Assembly: GCA_964587805.1 (NCBI GenBank)
Contig: CAZPMW010000006.1
Location: forward strand, 1-47,976
From: an uncultured Elusimicrobiaceae bacterium
GTDB lineage: Bacteria > Elusimicrobiota > Elusimicrobia > Elusimicrobiales > UBA9959
Direction of reading: 5' to 3'
Length of the DNA: 47,976 bases
Position numbers and translations under genes: made by a program. The notes under the pieces were generated by a model. That model saw only the letters and a list, made by a program, of their open reading frames with translations, made no database searches and had not been told where the DNA came from. Below are positions 35,060 through 44,921 of the stretch, piece after piece; the stretch's first letter is position 1, and the number at the start of each line of letters is the position of its first letter.

Positions 35060-35252
35060 GATATGCCTGGCATGACAAAATTATATTATATATCAACGCT
35101 CTTTAGAGCGGCTCTGCGGGCCTTCAGGCTGCAGGCCGCTGCCGCGGCGGTTTTTATATAATTAATCGGCGCCGTTCATTTATTAAAACGCCGTTCGTAA
35201 ATCTCGCCGAATTTAGGGAAAGCCTGCATTTGAATAAGCTGTGATTCTGGCA

Positions 35253-35282
35253 TTGAAAAGGAAGGCGCGTAATAGGTAAACT
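35253..35282 (+). promoter_or_regulatory. Sigma70-like promoter of guaB
   Basis: TTGAAA-18 bp-TAAACT, followed by a short leader with GAGAGG. Confidence 0.55.
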
Positions 35283-35301
35283 TTACAGAGAGGTGACTTG
35301 A

Positions 35302-36759
35302 ATGCTTCAGGACAATATCCCTTCCGGCCTTACTTTTGACGATGTTTTGCTGCTGCCTGCCAGGTCTGCCGTGCTCCCCAGAGAGACGGATCTTCGCACG
35401 CGGCTTACGCGCTCGATAGAACTCAATATCCCGCTCGTTTCTGCGGCTATGGATACCGTCACTGAATCCGCGCTGGCGATAGCGATGGCGCGCGAGGGCG
35501 GTATAGGCGTAATCCACCGCGCGATGCCGCCCCTGCAGCAGGTGCAGGAGGTGGAGAAGGTCAAGAAGAGCCAGAGCGGGATGATAGCGAATCCCATCAC
35601 CGTTTCTCCGGACGAGACGCTCGGGGATGCCCTGGAGCTGATGCGAAAACACGGGATCTCCGGCCTGGTGGTAATCGCGCGGGGGCAGCTAGCCGGGATA
35701 CTGACAAACCGGGACCTTCGCTTTGCCCGGGATCTGTCCCGGAAGGTGTCCTCCGCGATGACGAAGAAGCTGGTGGTGGCGAGGGCCGGCACTACGCTGA
35801 GGGAGGCGGAGAAAATACTTCACGAACACCGCATCGAGAAGCTGCCGCTCGTCGACAGAAATCACCATCTGAAGGGACTTATAACCACGCGAGACATACT
35901 TAACAGCAAGCAATATCCGTCGGCGTGCAAGGATAAGGCCGGGCGCTTGCGGGTGGGCGCGGCCATTGGCGTGGGCGAGGCGGGAGTGGGGCGGGCCAGA
36001 GAGCTTGTGAAGGCGGGGGCCGACGTCATTTTTCTGGATACTGCGCACGGTCATTCCGAATCCGTGATACGCACGCTGAAGGCGGTCAAACGCGCCTGTG
36101 AAGTTGACGTTGTGGCGGGCAATGTCGCCACATACGAGGGGACGCTGGACCTGATAAAAGCCGGAGCGGACGCTGTGAAAGTCGGCATCGGCCCCGGATC
36201 CATCTGTACGACACGCATAATTTCCGGAGTCGGAGTCCCGCAGCTCACCGCTATCAGGGACTGCTGCCGCGCCGCGGCAAGGCGCGGAGTGCCGGTGATA
36301 GCGGACGGCGGTATAAAATTTTCCGGAGACATCACAAAGGCGATAGCAGCCGGCGCGGACAGCGTGATGCTTGGTACGCTGCTGGCCGGCACTGAAGAGG
36401 CTCCGGGAGACATGATTCTTTACCAGGGGCGCAGCTATAAGGTTTACCGCGGTATGGGCTCAGTTGGAGCGATGGCCGCCGGCTCAAAGGACAGGTACGG
36501 CCAGCAGGGCGTGGAGAAGGATAAGCTTGTGCCCGAGGGGATAGAGGGGCAGGTCGCCTATAAAGGCGCGGCCGCAGACGTGGTCCATCAGCTTTCAGGC
36601 GGCCTGCGTTCAGGCCTGGGATACTGCGGCTGCCGCGACCTCGCGGCCTTAAGGAAGAAGGCCCGCTTCGTCCGGATTTCACCGGCCGGTCTGAGGGAAA
36701 GCCACGTTCACGATGTGAAAGTTACCAAGGAAACCCCCAACTACGCCCTGAACGAATAG
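35302..36759 (+). CDS. guaB: IMP dehydrogenase
   Basis: [16 protein letters not shown], a CBS pair, [16 protein letters not shown] and YRGMGS. Confidence 0.98.
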   Translation: MLQDNIPSGLTFDDVLLLPARSAVLPRETDLRTRLTRSIELNIPLVSAAMDTVTESALAIAMAREGGIGVIHRAMPPLQQVQEVEKVKKSQSGMIANPITVSPDETLGDALELMRKHGISGLVVIARGQLAGILTNRDLRFARDLSRKVSSAMTKKLVVARAGTTLREAEKILHEHRIEKLPLVDRNHHLKGLITTRDILNSKQYPSACKDKAGRLRVGAAIGVGEAGVGRARELVKAGADVIFLDTAHGHSESVIRTLKAVKRACEVDVVAGNVATYEGTLDLIKAGADAVKVGIGPGSICTTRIISGVGVPQLTAIRDCCRAAARRGVPVIADGGIKFSGDITKAIAAGADSVMLGTLLAGTEEAPGDMILYQGRSYKVYRGMGSVGAMAAGSKDRYGQQGVEKDKLVPEGIEGQVAYKGAAADVVHQLSGGLRSGLGYCGCRDLAALRKKARFVRISPAGLRESHVHDVKVTKETPNYALNE

Positions 36760-36912
36760 CGCGTGAGCGGCACGCCCGGCCGCCGCCTTGACCGCCGGGA
36801 GCAGATAGAGGCGAGCATCCCTGACGGGCGAGAGCTTTTGCGGCAAACTTTCCCGTAATTTGTTAGAATCTAGTTAAATACGGAGTAGGTTATTCCAGCA
36901 TCAGCACGGAAC

Positions 36913-38445
36913 ATGGACCAGATACTGATCCTTGATTTCGGCAGCCAATATACGCAACTCATCGCCAGGCGTCTGCGCAGCCTGCGTGTTTATTGCGAAA
37001 TACTTCCTTTCCATACTTCAATAGAGGATATTCTCTCACGGAACCCTAAAGGAATTATCCTTTCCGGCGGGCCATCCAGCGTTTACGACCGTAAGGCGCC
37101 GACGCCGGACCCCGCGGTCTTTACTTTGGGCCTGCCTGTGCTGGGAATCTGCTACGGCATGCAGTTGATGGCGCGCGAGATGGGCGGCAAAGTGCGCAAG
37201 GCGCTGAGGCGCGAATACGGCCTGTCAAAACTGCGTCTCCGCGGAGAATCAAACCTGTTTAAGGGCGTATCCGGTGAATTCAGCGTCTGGATGAGCCACG
37301 GCGACGAAGCGAAGACGGCGCCGTACGGTTTCAGTGTCACAGCCGGAACATCCGACGTGCCTGTGGCGGCCATGGAAAGCGCGGAGCGCGGCCTTTACGC
37401 TGTGCAGTTCCATCCCGAGGTCTACCATACCGAAAACGGCGAAAAGATCCTCCGCAATTTCGCGCGCGGCATCTGCCGCTACCGGGAGCGCTGGACCCCG
37501 GTCTCGTTCCTGGGCGGGACCATCGCCTCCATAAAGAAGCAGATCGGAGGGAAACGCGCCATCTGCGCCCTGTCGGGCGGGGTCGACTCTTCCGTTGCGG
37601 CGGTGCTGGCTTACCGGGCCATAGGCAGGAACCTGCTGTGTATTTTTGTGGATACCGGTCTGCTGCGCCATGGCGATCGCGACCGCATGGAAGAAGTCTT
37701 CCGGAAGAAATTCCGTTTCAACCTGAAAATAGTTGACGCCTCCGGGATATTCCTGAGCCGGCTGAAAGGGGTGACCTCCCCGGAAAAAAAGAGAAAGATA
37801 ATCGGCCATACCTTTATAGAGGTCTTCGAGCGCGAGGCCCGGAATATTAAAGGGGCTAAATTTCTGGTTCAGGGCACTCTTTACCCGGATGTCATAGAAT
37901 CTGTTTCCGTGAAGGGGCCATCGGCTGTTATTAAAAGCCATCACAATGTGGGCGGCCTGCCGGAGAAAATGGGTTTCGAACTGGTGGAGCCGCTGAGGTC
38001 GCTCTTTAAGGATGAGGTCCGGGAACTGGGCAGGAGCCTGAAGATCCCGGAGGCTATCCTTATGCAGCACCCTTTTCCCGGCCCGGGGCTGGCCATCAGG
38101 ATATTGGGCGCAGTGACGCCCGGAAGGCTGGATACCCTGGGCAGGGCGGACCTTATCATGCGGGAAGAAATACAGGCTTTCGGCTGGTACCCGAAAATCT
38201 GGCAGGCATTCTGCGTGCTGCTGCCGATCAAAACCGTCGGCGTTATGGGTGACGAAAGATCGTACGAGGACGCCATTGCCGTGCGCTGCGTAAGCTCCGT
38301 AGACGGTATGACCGCAGACTGGTCCAGGCTGCCCTATGACCTTATGCAAAAGATATCTTCCCGCATAGTCAGCGAGGTAAGGGGCGTTAACAGAGTGGTG
38401 TACGATATTACCTCCAAGCCGCCCGCGACCATAGAGTGGGAGTAG
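36913..38445 (+). CDS. guaA: GMP synthase (glutamine-hydrolysing)
   Basis: DFGSQY, GICYGMQ, QFHPEV, SGGVDS, IKSHHNV and KPPATIEWE; extended -10 TGtTAGAAT 36861-36869. Confidence 0.98.
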   Translation: MDQILILDFGSQYTQLIARRLRSLRVYCEILPFHTSIEDILSRNPKGIILSGGPSSVYDRKAPTPDPAVFTLGLPVLGICYGMQLMAREMGGKVRKALRREYGLSKLRLRGESNLFKGVSGEFSVWMSHGDEAKTAPYGFSVTAGTSDVPVAAMESAERGLYAVQFHPEVYHTENGEKILRNFARGICRYRERWTPVSFLGGTIASIKKQIGGKRAICALSGGVDSSVAAVLAYRAIGRNLLCIFVDTGLLRHGDRDRMEEVFRKKFRFNLKIVDASGIFLSRLKGVTSPEKKRKIIGHTFIEVFEREARNIKGAKFLVQGTLYPDVIESVSVKGPSAVIKSHHNVGGLPEKMGFELVEPLRSLFKDEVRELGRSLKIPEAILMQHPFPGPGLAIRILGAVTPGRLDTLGRADLIMREEIQAFGWYPKIWQAFCVLLPIKTVGVMGDERSYEDAIAVRCVSSVDGMTADWSRLPYDLMQKISSRIVSEVRGVNRVVYDITSKPPATIEWE

Positions 38446-38476
38446 GGGATAAGGATTAAGGATAAGGGATAAAGGG
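38446..38476 (+). repeat. GGGATAA-type short tandem repeat
   Basis: GGGATAA-GGATTAA-GGATAA-GGGATAA-AGGG right after the guaA stop; a related array lies at 55-84. Confidence 0.6.
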
Positions 38477-38504
38477 TGCTGCGGGAGTCAAGGGGGAAAG
38501 ATTT

Positions 38505-38957
38505 ATGCTTGATGTGATATTTGACCTGATAAAAAGGGCCATGGAAAGAGATGAGAAAAGCAGAAAGTTCTCGGTAACTTTAGCCGACAGCTATCTGCGC
38601 AGGATCAGCCGTTTTCAGGACCAGCTGGTTCTGCTTGGCATTTTTCTTAATTTTTCCGCCGCGGGTTTTGTTCTGGTTCTGTGCGGAGGATTCGCCCGCT
38701 CTTGTGCATCAGGCATTATCTCCGGCCTTGGAATGTTTTCCGTCAACCTCCTGCTGGCAAAGCTTTATTCCAACGAACATCTGACCACCAAGCTGCTGTT
38801 CGCCAGGTATCCGGAGCTGGAGCTTATTATGGTGGGCGATAAAAGCTGGAGCAATTTCAGGGTTCTGGCCGGAGCGTATAAGTGCGTACAGGCCGGCTGG
38901 ATATTATTCGCCGCCCTCCTCACTGGTTCGTCGGTGGCCGGCTGGTTAGGCATGTAG
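38505..38957 (+). CDS. Hypothetical membrane protein (about 3 TM)
   Basis: 150-aa ORF with SD-like GGGGGA, filling the guaA-purC gap; no family recognised. Confidence 0.65.
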   Translation: MLDVIFDLIKRAMERDEKSRKFSVTLADSYLRRISRFQDQLVLLGIFLNFSAAGFVLVLCGGFARSCASGIISGLGMFSVNLLLAKLYSNEHLTTKLLFARYPELELIMVGDKSWSNFRVLAGAYKCVQAGWILFAALLTGSSVAGWLGM

Positions 38958-38976
38958 GCCCGTGCAAGGGGGAACC

Positions 38977-39870
38977 ATGATCTATACTGTCAGGGACCTG
39001 GAGCTTATTCATAAGGGCAAAGTGCGCGACCTCTACGCGGTCGGGGAGCGCTACCTTCTTATCGTAGCCACGGACAGGCTTTCCGCTTTTGACTTTGTTC
39101 TGCCCACCGCGATCCCGCGCAAGGGAGAGCTGCTTACCAAAATCAGCCTTTTCTGGTTCAATAAGACGCGGCACATAATCGGGAACCATGTGGTCTCATC
39201 CGACCTGACCGAGATAAGAGAGCGCGTGCGCTCGGTTACGGGCGCGCGTACGCTGACGGACGAATATTTTAACGGCCGCTCCATGCTGGTGCATAAGGCC
39301 AGGCGCGTAGATTTTGAATGCGTGGTCCGCGGGTATATTACCGGCTCCGGCTGGAAAGAATATCTAAAGAGCGGAAGCGTCTGCGGGATAGCCCTGCCGC
39401 CCGGCCTGCTGGAGGCGCAGAAGCTTGCGGAGCCGATATTCACCCCGACCAGCAAGGCGGACATAGGACACGATGAGAACGTGACTTTAGGGGACATGGC
39501 GGCGGCGCTCGGCCCCGCATTGGCGGAGGAGCTGCGGGCCGCAAGCCTGGCCCTGTACAAATTTGCCGCGGATTACGCCGCAGGGAAAGGAATTCTGCTG
39601 GCGGATACCAAGTTCGAGTTCGGAATTCTTGACGGCAAACTGATTTTGATAGACGAAGCGCTGACCCCCGATTCCTCCAGATTCTGGGACGCCGGCGCGT
39701 ACAGGCCAGGCTCTAGCCCGGAGAGCTATGATAAGCAATTCGTGCGCAACTGGCTGGAAGGGTCCGGCTGGGACAAGATTTCTCCGCCGCCAGCCCTTCC
39801 GGAAGATGTGGTCAGGAAAACGGTGGAAAAGTATAATCAGGCCCTGGAAAAACTGACCTCGGAGAAGTGA
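38977..39870 (+). CDS. purC: SAICAR synthetase
   Basis: GKVRDLY, TDRLSAFD, ECVVRGY, ADTKFEFG, DEALTPDSSRFW and DKQFVR. Confidence 0.97.
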   Translation: MIYTVRDLELIHKGKVRDLYAVGERYLLIVATDRLSAFDFVLPTAIPRKGELLTKISLFWFNKTRHIIGNHVVSSDLTEIRERVRSVTGARTLTDEYFNGRSMLVHKARRVDFECVVRGYITGSGWKEYLKSGSVCGIALPPGLLEAQKLAEPIFTPTSKADIGHDENVTLGDMAAALGPALAEELRAASLALYKFAADYAAGKGILLADTKFEFGILDGKLILIDEALTPDSSRFWDAGAYRPGSSPESYDKQFVRNWLEGSGWDKISPPPALPEDVVRKTVEKYNQALEKLTSEK

Positions 39871-39871
39871 G

Positions 39872-40351
39872 ATGCTCATAGAGATCTGGACCAAGGACAA
39901 ATACGCGGAAAACGAGGAAAAAGAGCTGAGCGAAAGGCTTTCCCGCGCCGGGCTGGATGTTAAGACCGCAAAGCTGTCCCGCCTTTATAACGTTGACGCG
40001 CCCTGGACTAAAATGGATTTCGGCCGCCTTGCGGACGGGCTGCTTGCGGACCGGATCACGGAGCGCCGTTCCCTCGCAAGACGCCCCGGCCTCGGGGACA
40101 TGTACCGGGTGGAGGTCTGGCTGAAAAAGTCAGCGACCGACGTGATAGGCGAAAGCGTGAAGGAAGCGATACATGACATGCTGGGCAGGGCGCCGTCCGG
40201 CGTCCGCTTCGGGCGGGCATATTACCTGGCCGGCCGCGGTTCCCGGAAGCCAGCGCACCCGCGCGCAAGGGCCGCATACGCGCTGAAAATAAGGGCGGTC
40301 GTAGCCAAAACACTGGCGAACGAGATAGTGCAGACGTTTACCGTCGAGTGA
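39872..40351 (+). CDS. purS: FGAM synthase PurS-like subunit (two PurS-like repeats)
   Basis: VEV.LK..ATD..GESV..AI and LAN.IVQ.F; lies between purC and purL. Confidence 0.75.
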   Translation: MLIEIWTKDKYAENEEKELSERLSRAGLDVKTAKLSRLYNVDAPWTKMDFGRLADGLLADRITERRSLARRPGLGDMYRVEVWLKKSATDVIGESVKEAIHDMLGRAPSGVRFGRAYYLAGRGSRKPAHPRARAAYALKIRAVVAKTLANEIVQTFTVE

Positions 40352-40367
40352 CGCTGGCGGGACCTTC

Positions 40368-42749
40368 ATGAAAGAGCTGTTCTCCAAATTTACCTCTCTG
40401 GACGAAAAGGAGCTTGTCAGGCTGGACAAGGCCTATGGCTGGTCGCTCAGCGCCGCCGAACTTAAGCAGGCGCGCGATTATTTCCTGAGGTCCGGGCGCG
40501 AGCCTTTCCGCGGAGAGCTTGAATCGCTGGCCCAGACCTGGTCGGAACACTGCAAGCATAAGACTTTTTCGGGCCCGGTCCGGTTCCGCAGCGGCAAGAA
40601 GATCAAAAAATACAGAAATCTTTTCAAGGAGACAATCGTCCGGGCCACCAGAGAGCTTAACCGGCCCTGGTGCCTGTCGGTCTTCAAGGATAACGCCGGC
40701 ATTGTTGAATTCGGCGCGGATAAAAAGTGGGGCCTGGCTTTCAAGGCGGAGACGCATAACCATCCCTGCGCCGTAGAGCCTTACGGCGGAGCGGAGACCG
40801 GGGTAGGCGGGGTTATACGCGACATACTCGGAGTGGGCCTGGGCGCTAAGCCGGTTTTGAACACTGATAATTTTTGTTTCGGCCGGCTGGATTCCAAGAC
40901 GGCGCTGCCTAAGAATGCCCTGGGCGCGCAGCGGATCTTCCGCGGAGTTGTGGAAGGCGTGCGGGATTACGGCAACCGCATGGGCATTCCTACCGCCGCC
41001 GGCGGCATCTATTTCGACGACGGCTATCTCCTTAATCCGCTCGTCTATGTAGGCTGCGCCGGACTTATCCCGACCGATAAGATAGAAAAATGCGTGCGCC
41101 CCGGGGACCTGATAGTTTCCATAGGCGGGCGCACGGGGCGGGACGGCATACACGGCGCCACCTTCTCCTCCGCGAATATAGACGAGGAAACCTCGGCGTC
41201 AGCCGTGCAGATAGGCCACGCCATAAACGAGAAAAAGGTGCTGGATGTGATCATGCGGGCCCGCGACCGGGGCCTGTACGGCGCGTTGACAGACTGCGGG
41301 GCCGGAGGCTTTTCTTCTGCCATAGGTGAGCTTGGCTCGGAAACCGGGGCCCGCGTGCGGCTTGAGAACGCCAGACTGAAAGACACGCGCATAGAGCCAT
41401 GGGAAATATGGGTGTCAGAATCCCAGGAGCGCATGATCCTGGCAGTGCCGCCAAAAAAGCTGTCCGCGCTGGAGGACATACTGAACTCCGAGAACTGCGA
41501 ATACTGCGTCCTGGGTGAGTTCACCTCCGACAGCCGGCTGCTGGTGACTTTCAACAGCGATATAGTGGCGGATCTGCCGATGGACTTTCTGCACGGAGGA
41601 GTGCCGAGCGTGGAAAAAGCGGCTGTCTTCCGCCCGCCGGTCGTTTCGCGCCGGTCCCCGAAGGCGCGCAGGCCGCATCTCAGGACGCTGGAGGCGCTGC
41701 TGGCCCATCCGAATATCTGCTCCCGCCATTCTGTCATCACCCAGTACGACTACGAGGTGCAGGGCGGAACGGTAATAAAGCCTCTGCAGGGTAAGCACGG
41801 GGACGGACCGGGAGACGCCGCGGTGATCTGGCCTCATTCCGCTACCGGCGACGCTGAAGACCACGCGGGGTTCGCCGTGGCGCACGGCTTCAATCCGGCC
41901 GCGGGCAGACAGGATCCCTACCTTATGGCGCTGTATGCCGTGGATGAGGCCGTGCGCAACCTCCTCTGCGCGGGGGCCGAGATCTCAAGGACGGCGCTCC
42001 TGGATAATTTCTGCGCGGCAAGCCCCGGCGATCCGAACGTGATGGGCGGGCTGGTGCTGGCCGCCGAGGGCTGCTACGACGCCGCCATCGCTTATGGCGC
42101 GCCGTTTATTTCCGGCAAAGACAGTTTTTATAATCAATCCAGGGACGCGTCGGGGAAAGATTATCCGATCCCGCTCTCGCTCCTTATTTCGGCCGTCGCC
42201 CCGGTGGCGGATGTGCGGCTGGCCATTACAGGCAATTTCAAGGAAGCAGGAAACCCGCTCTATCTCGCCGGCGTCAGCCGGAAAGGCATGGGCGGATCTG
42301 TTTATAACGAAATTCATTACTCAGGTGACAATTATCTGTGTCCTTTGGATATGAAGGCGGCCGTCAGGCTCTACGGCGCGCTGCTTAAGGCCATTAAAGC
42401 GGGCTGCGTGCCGGCCGCGCATGACGTTTCGCAGGGCGGTCTGTCCGTAACACTGGCCGAGATGGCGTTCTCGGGAGGGTTGGGCGCCGAGATTGAGCTT
42501 TCTGGCTCCTCATCCGAGAAGGGCATCTCCGAACTGGAATTGCTGTTCGGCGAGTCGCCCTCCCGCCTGGTAGTGGAGGTGAGAAAGGAAAAAGAAAAGG
42601 AATTCCTGAGGCTGGTAAAAGGACTGCCGGTCAAAAAAATAGGCTTCGTGCGGGAGAGCGCGGAGCTGGCCGTCAGGCTGGGCGGAAAACTGCTTTTAAA
42701 AGAGGATATCTTCGCTTTAAAGCGAAATTGGAAGCGCGACCTGCTTTAG
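40368..42749 (+). CDS. purL: FGAM synthase subunit PurL
   Basis: QTWSEHCKH, KAETHNHP, GA.TGVGGVIRD, DCGAGG, SESQERM, FISGKDS and HDVS.GG. Confidence 0.97.
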   Translation: MKELFSKFTSLDEKELVRLDKAYGWSLSAAELKQARDYFLRSGREPFRGELESLAQTWSEHCKHKTFSGPVRFRSGKKIKKYRNLFKETIVRATRELNRPWCLSVFKDNAGIVEFGADKKWGLAFKAETHNHPCAVEPYGGAETGVGGVIRDILGVGLGAKPVLNTDNFCFGRLDSKTALPKNALGAQRIFRGVVEGVRDYGNRMGIPTAAGGIYFDDGYLLNPLVYVGCAGLIPTDKIEKCVRPGDLIVSIGGRTGRDGIHGATFSSANIDEETSASAVQIGHAINEKKVLDVIMRARDRGLYGALTDCGAGGFSSAIGELGSETGARVRLENARLKDTRIEPWEIWVSESQERMILAVPPKKLSALEDILNSENCEYCVLGEFTSDSRLLVTFNSDIVADLPMDFLHGGVPSVEKAAVFRPPVVSRRSPKARRPHLRTLEALLAHPNICSRHSVITQYDYEVQGGTVIKPLQGKHGDGPGDAAVIWPHSATGDAEDHAGFAVAHGFNPAAGRQDPYLMALYAVDEAVRNLLCAGAEISRTALLDNFCAASPGDPNVMGGLVLAAEGCYDAAIAYGAPFISGKDSFYNQSRDASGKDYPIPLSLLISAVAPVADVRLAITGNFKEAGNPLYLAGVSRKGMGGSVYNEIHYSGDNYLCPLDMKAAVRLYGALLKAIKAGCVPAAHDVSQGGLSVTLAEMAFSGGLGAEIELSGSSSEKGISELELLFGESPSRLVVEVRKEKEKEFLRLVKGLPVKKIGFVRESAELAVRLGGKLLLKEDIFALKRNWKRDLL

Positions 42750-42791
42750 CCGGGAGATTGCGTCAGCGCGGAGTGATTGAAAATTTCATCC

Positions 42792-43535
42792 ATGAAAAAA
42801 CCTAGAGCGATAATACTGAGGGGCACCGGAACCAACTGTGACATTGAGACCGGAAGCGCGTTCAGCTATGTGGGCGCGGAAGCGGACCTGGTCCACATCA
42901 ACGAGCTGCTTGCCGGGAAAAAGAAGGTCATGGATTACGACATTATGGCCTTCCCCGGCGGATTTTCATACGGGGACGATATCTCAGCCGGCAGGATCTT
43001 TGCCGTCAAGATGGCAAGGCTGGCCGGGGATTTCGGCGCGTTTATAAAAGGCGGCAGGCCGGTTATCGGCATATGTAACGGCTTCCAGATACTGGCGCGG
43101 ACCGGCTTCCTGCCGGAGAACCGGGGCGACGCCCAGCTCTCGACCCTTTACACCAATGACTGCGGCCACTTCCTCGCAAAATGGGTGAAATTTAAAGTAA
43201 ATAAGAACAGCCCCTGCATCTTCACCAAAGGTCTGCCGGACGAGATAGAGCTGCCGATAGCGCACGGCGAGGGGAAGTTCATAATGGAGGACAAGAAGGC
43301 CCTGGGGAGACTTCTTAAAGCTAACCTCCACGCTCTTACCTACGCCGATAATCCGAACGGCTCGATGTGCGATATCGCCGGAATAACCAACGGAAGCGGC
43401 ACCTGCTTCGGCCTTATGCCGCATCCGGAGCGGAATTTCTTTTCCTGCCAGCACCCGGACCGTACGCCGGCCGCGAAGAACGCCCTGGCGGCGGGGTGCG
43501 AGTTTTTCAGAAACGCTGTCGAGTACGTGCGATAA
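42792..43535 (+). CDS. purQ: FGAM synthase glutaminase subunit PurQ
   Basis: GTNCD, PGGFSYGD, GICNGFQIL, AHGEG and MPHPER. Confidence 0.97.
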   Translation: MKKPRAIILRGTGTNCDIETGSAFSYVGAEADLVHINELLAGKKKVMDYDIMAFPGGFSYGDDISAGRIFAVKMARLAGDFGAFIKGGRPVIGICNGFQILARTGFLPENRGDAQLSTLYTNDCGHFLAKWVKFKVNKNSPCIFTKGLPDEIELPIAHGEGKFIMEDKKALGRLLKANLHALTYADNPNGSMCDIAGITNGSGTCFGLMPHPERNFFSCQHPDRTPAAKNALAAGCEFFRNAVEYVR

Positions 43536-43547
43536 AAGGAATGGCTT

Positions 43548-44897
43548 ATGTGCGGAATATTCGGAGTCACCGATAATAAAAGCGCCTCGCGGCTCGTTTA
43601 CATCGGGCTTTTTACCCTGCAGCATCGCGGGCAGGAAAGCGCAGGCATCGTGGCCGACGACGGCTCACGCCTTGTTCCACACACCTCCATGGGGCTGGTG
43701 AACGAGATCTTTTCAAAAGACGTGCTGGATGCGCTTAAGGGGCGCGGCGCCATCGGCCATATCAGGTACTCCACCTCCGGGTCCAGCGATATCAAGAACG
43801 CGCAGCCTCTTTTCTTCAACTCCTCCCTGGGCCCGCTGGCGGTGGCCCATAACGGCAATCTGACAAACGCGGACCGGCTGCGCGCTGAGCTTCAGAAGGA
43901 CGGCGCCATTTTCCAGTCCACAACCGACAGTGAGATAGTTGTGCATTTGATGGCCAGGAACCGCGGGAAGGATCTTGAAAGCACCATCGCCAGGAATCTT
44001 CCGTTTCTGGAGGGCGCGTATTCGTTCCTGTTTTCTGCGCCCGGCAAAGTTATAGCCGCCAGAGACCCCGGCGGTTTCAGGCCGCTGCTGATGGGAAAAA
44101 TGGGCTCTTCATATATTTTCTCCTCCGAGACATGCGCGATAGACGTGGTCGGAGGCAAAACTATAAGGGAAATAGAGCCGGGCGAGATGGTGGTGATTAA
44201 AAAAGGCAAGCCTGTGTTCAGGCGTTTCGCCAAGGCCGCGCCGTTCACGCGCTGTATATTCGAGCAGGTTTATTTTGCCAGGCCGGATTCCGTTATCGCC
44301 GGCAGGGACGTCCAGTCTACCCGCTATGAGATAGGCGCTATGCTGTCGCGCGAAATGAAGAACGTAAGGGCCGATATCGTTTCGGGCGTGCCGGATTCCG
44401 GAACAGCTTACGCCCTGGGTTTCGCCAAAGAGTCAGGGCTCAGATACCAGACGGTGCTCATGCGCAATCACTATACCGGCCGCTCTTTTATACAGCCGGA
44501 CCAGGCCCTGCGGGAATTCACGGCCCAGCTCAAGCTGGCCCCTATCCGCGGCGTGATCAAAGGCAAGTCCATCATTCTTATAGACGATTCGCTCGTGCGC
44601 GGCACCACTTCCCGCAAGATAATAGCGAGCATCAAAAAAGCGGGCGCTAAAAAGGTGTATATGGCCATAGCCTCTCCGGCCATAGTATCCCCGTGCTACT
44701 ACGGCATAGACACTCCGACCGGCAAGGAGCTTATCGCCAACGCCATGACCCCGGAGCAGATACGCAGGTATATAGGAGCCGACGGTCTTTATTATCTTTC
44801 GCTTGAAAGTCTTGTGGCCGCCTGCGGAAACGGCGCGGACAGGCATTTCTGCTCCGGCTGTTTCACCGGTAAATACCCTGCTAAACTTAACCATTAA
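43548..44897 (+). CDS. purF: Amidophosphoribosyltransferase
   Basis: N-terminal MCGIFG, QHRGQE, HNGN, YFARPDS and DDSLVRGTT; Fe-S Cys in PCYYGID and CSGCF. Confidence 0.98.
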   Translation: MCGIFGVTDNKSASRLVYIGLFTLQHRGQESAGIVADDGSRLVPHTSMGLVNEIFSKDVLDALKGRGAIGHIRYSTSGSSDIKNAQPLFFNSSLGPLAVAHNGNLTNADRLRAELQKDGAIFQSTTDSEIVVHLMARNRGKDLESTIARNLPFLEGAYSFLFSAPGKVIAARDPGGFRPLLMGKMGSSYIFSSETCAIDVVGGKTIREIEPGEMVVIKKGKPVFRRFAKAAPFTRCIFEQVYFARPDSVIAGRDVQSTRYEIGAMLSREMKNVRADIVSGVPDSGTAYALGFAKESGLRYQTVLMRNHYTGRSFIQPDQALREFTAQLKLAPIRGVIKGKSIILIDDSLVRGTTSRKIIASIKKAGAKKVYMAIASPAIVSPCYYGIDTPTGKELIANAMTPEQIRRYIGADGLYYLSLESLVAACGNGADRHFCSGCFTGKYPAKLNH

Positions 44898-44921
44898 CCC
44901 TGCAGCATGAGGAGCCCGGAC

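Noticed and set aside
35096-35301. Purine riboswitch upstream of guaB
   Set aside because: No purine-aptamer core is visible, and the best promoter leaves only a very short leader. The CGCCGTTC direct repeat alone is too weak.
37249-38349. 366-aa ORF antisense to guaA (likewise 45072..46229 antisense to purD)
   Set aside because: Shadow ORFs of conserved housekeeping genes.
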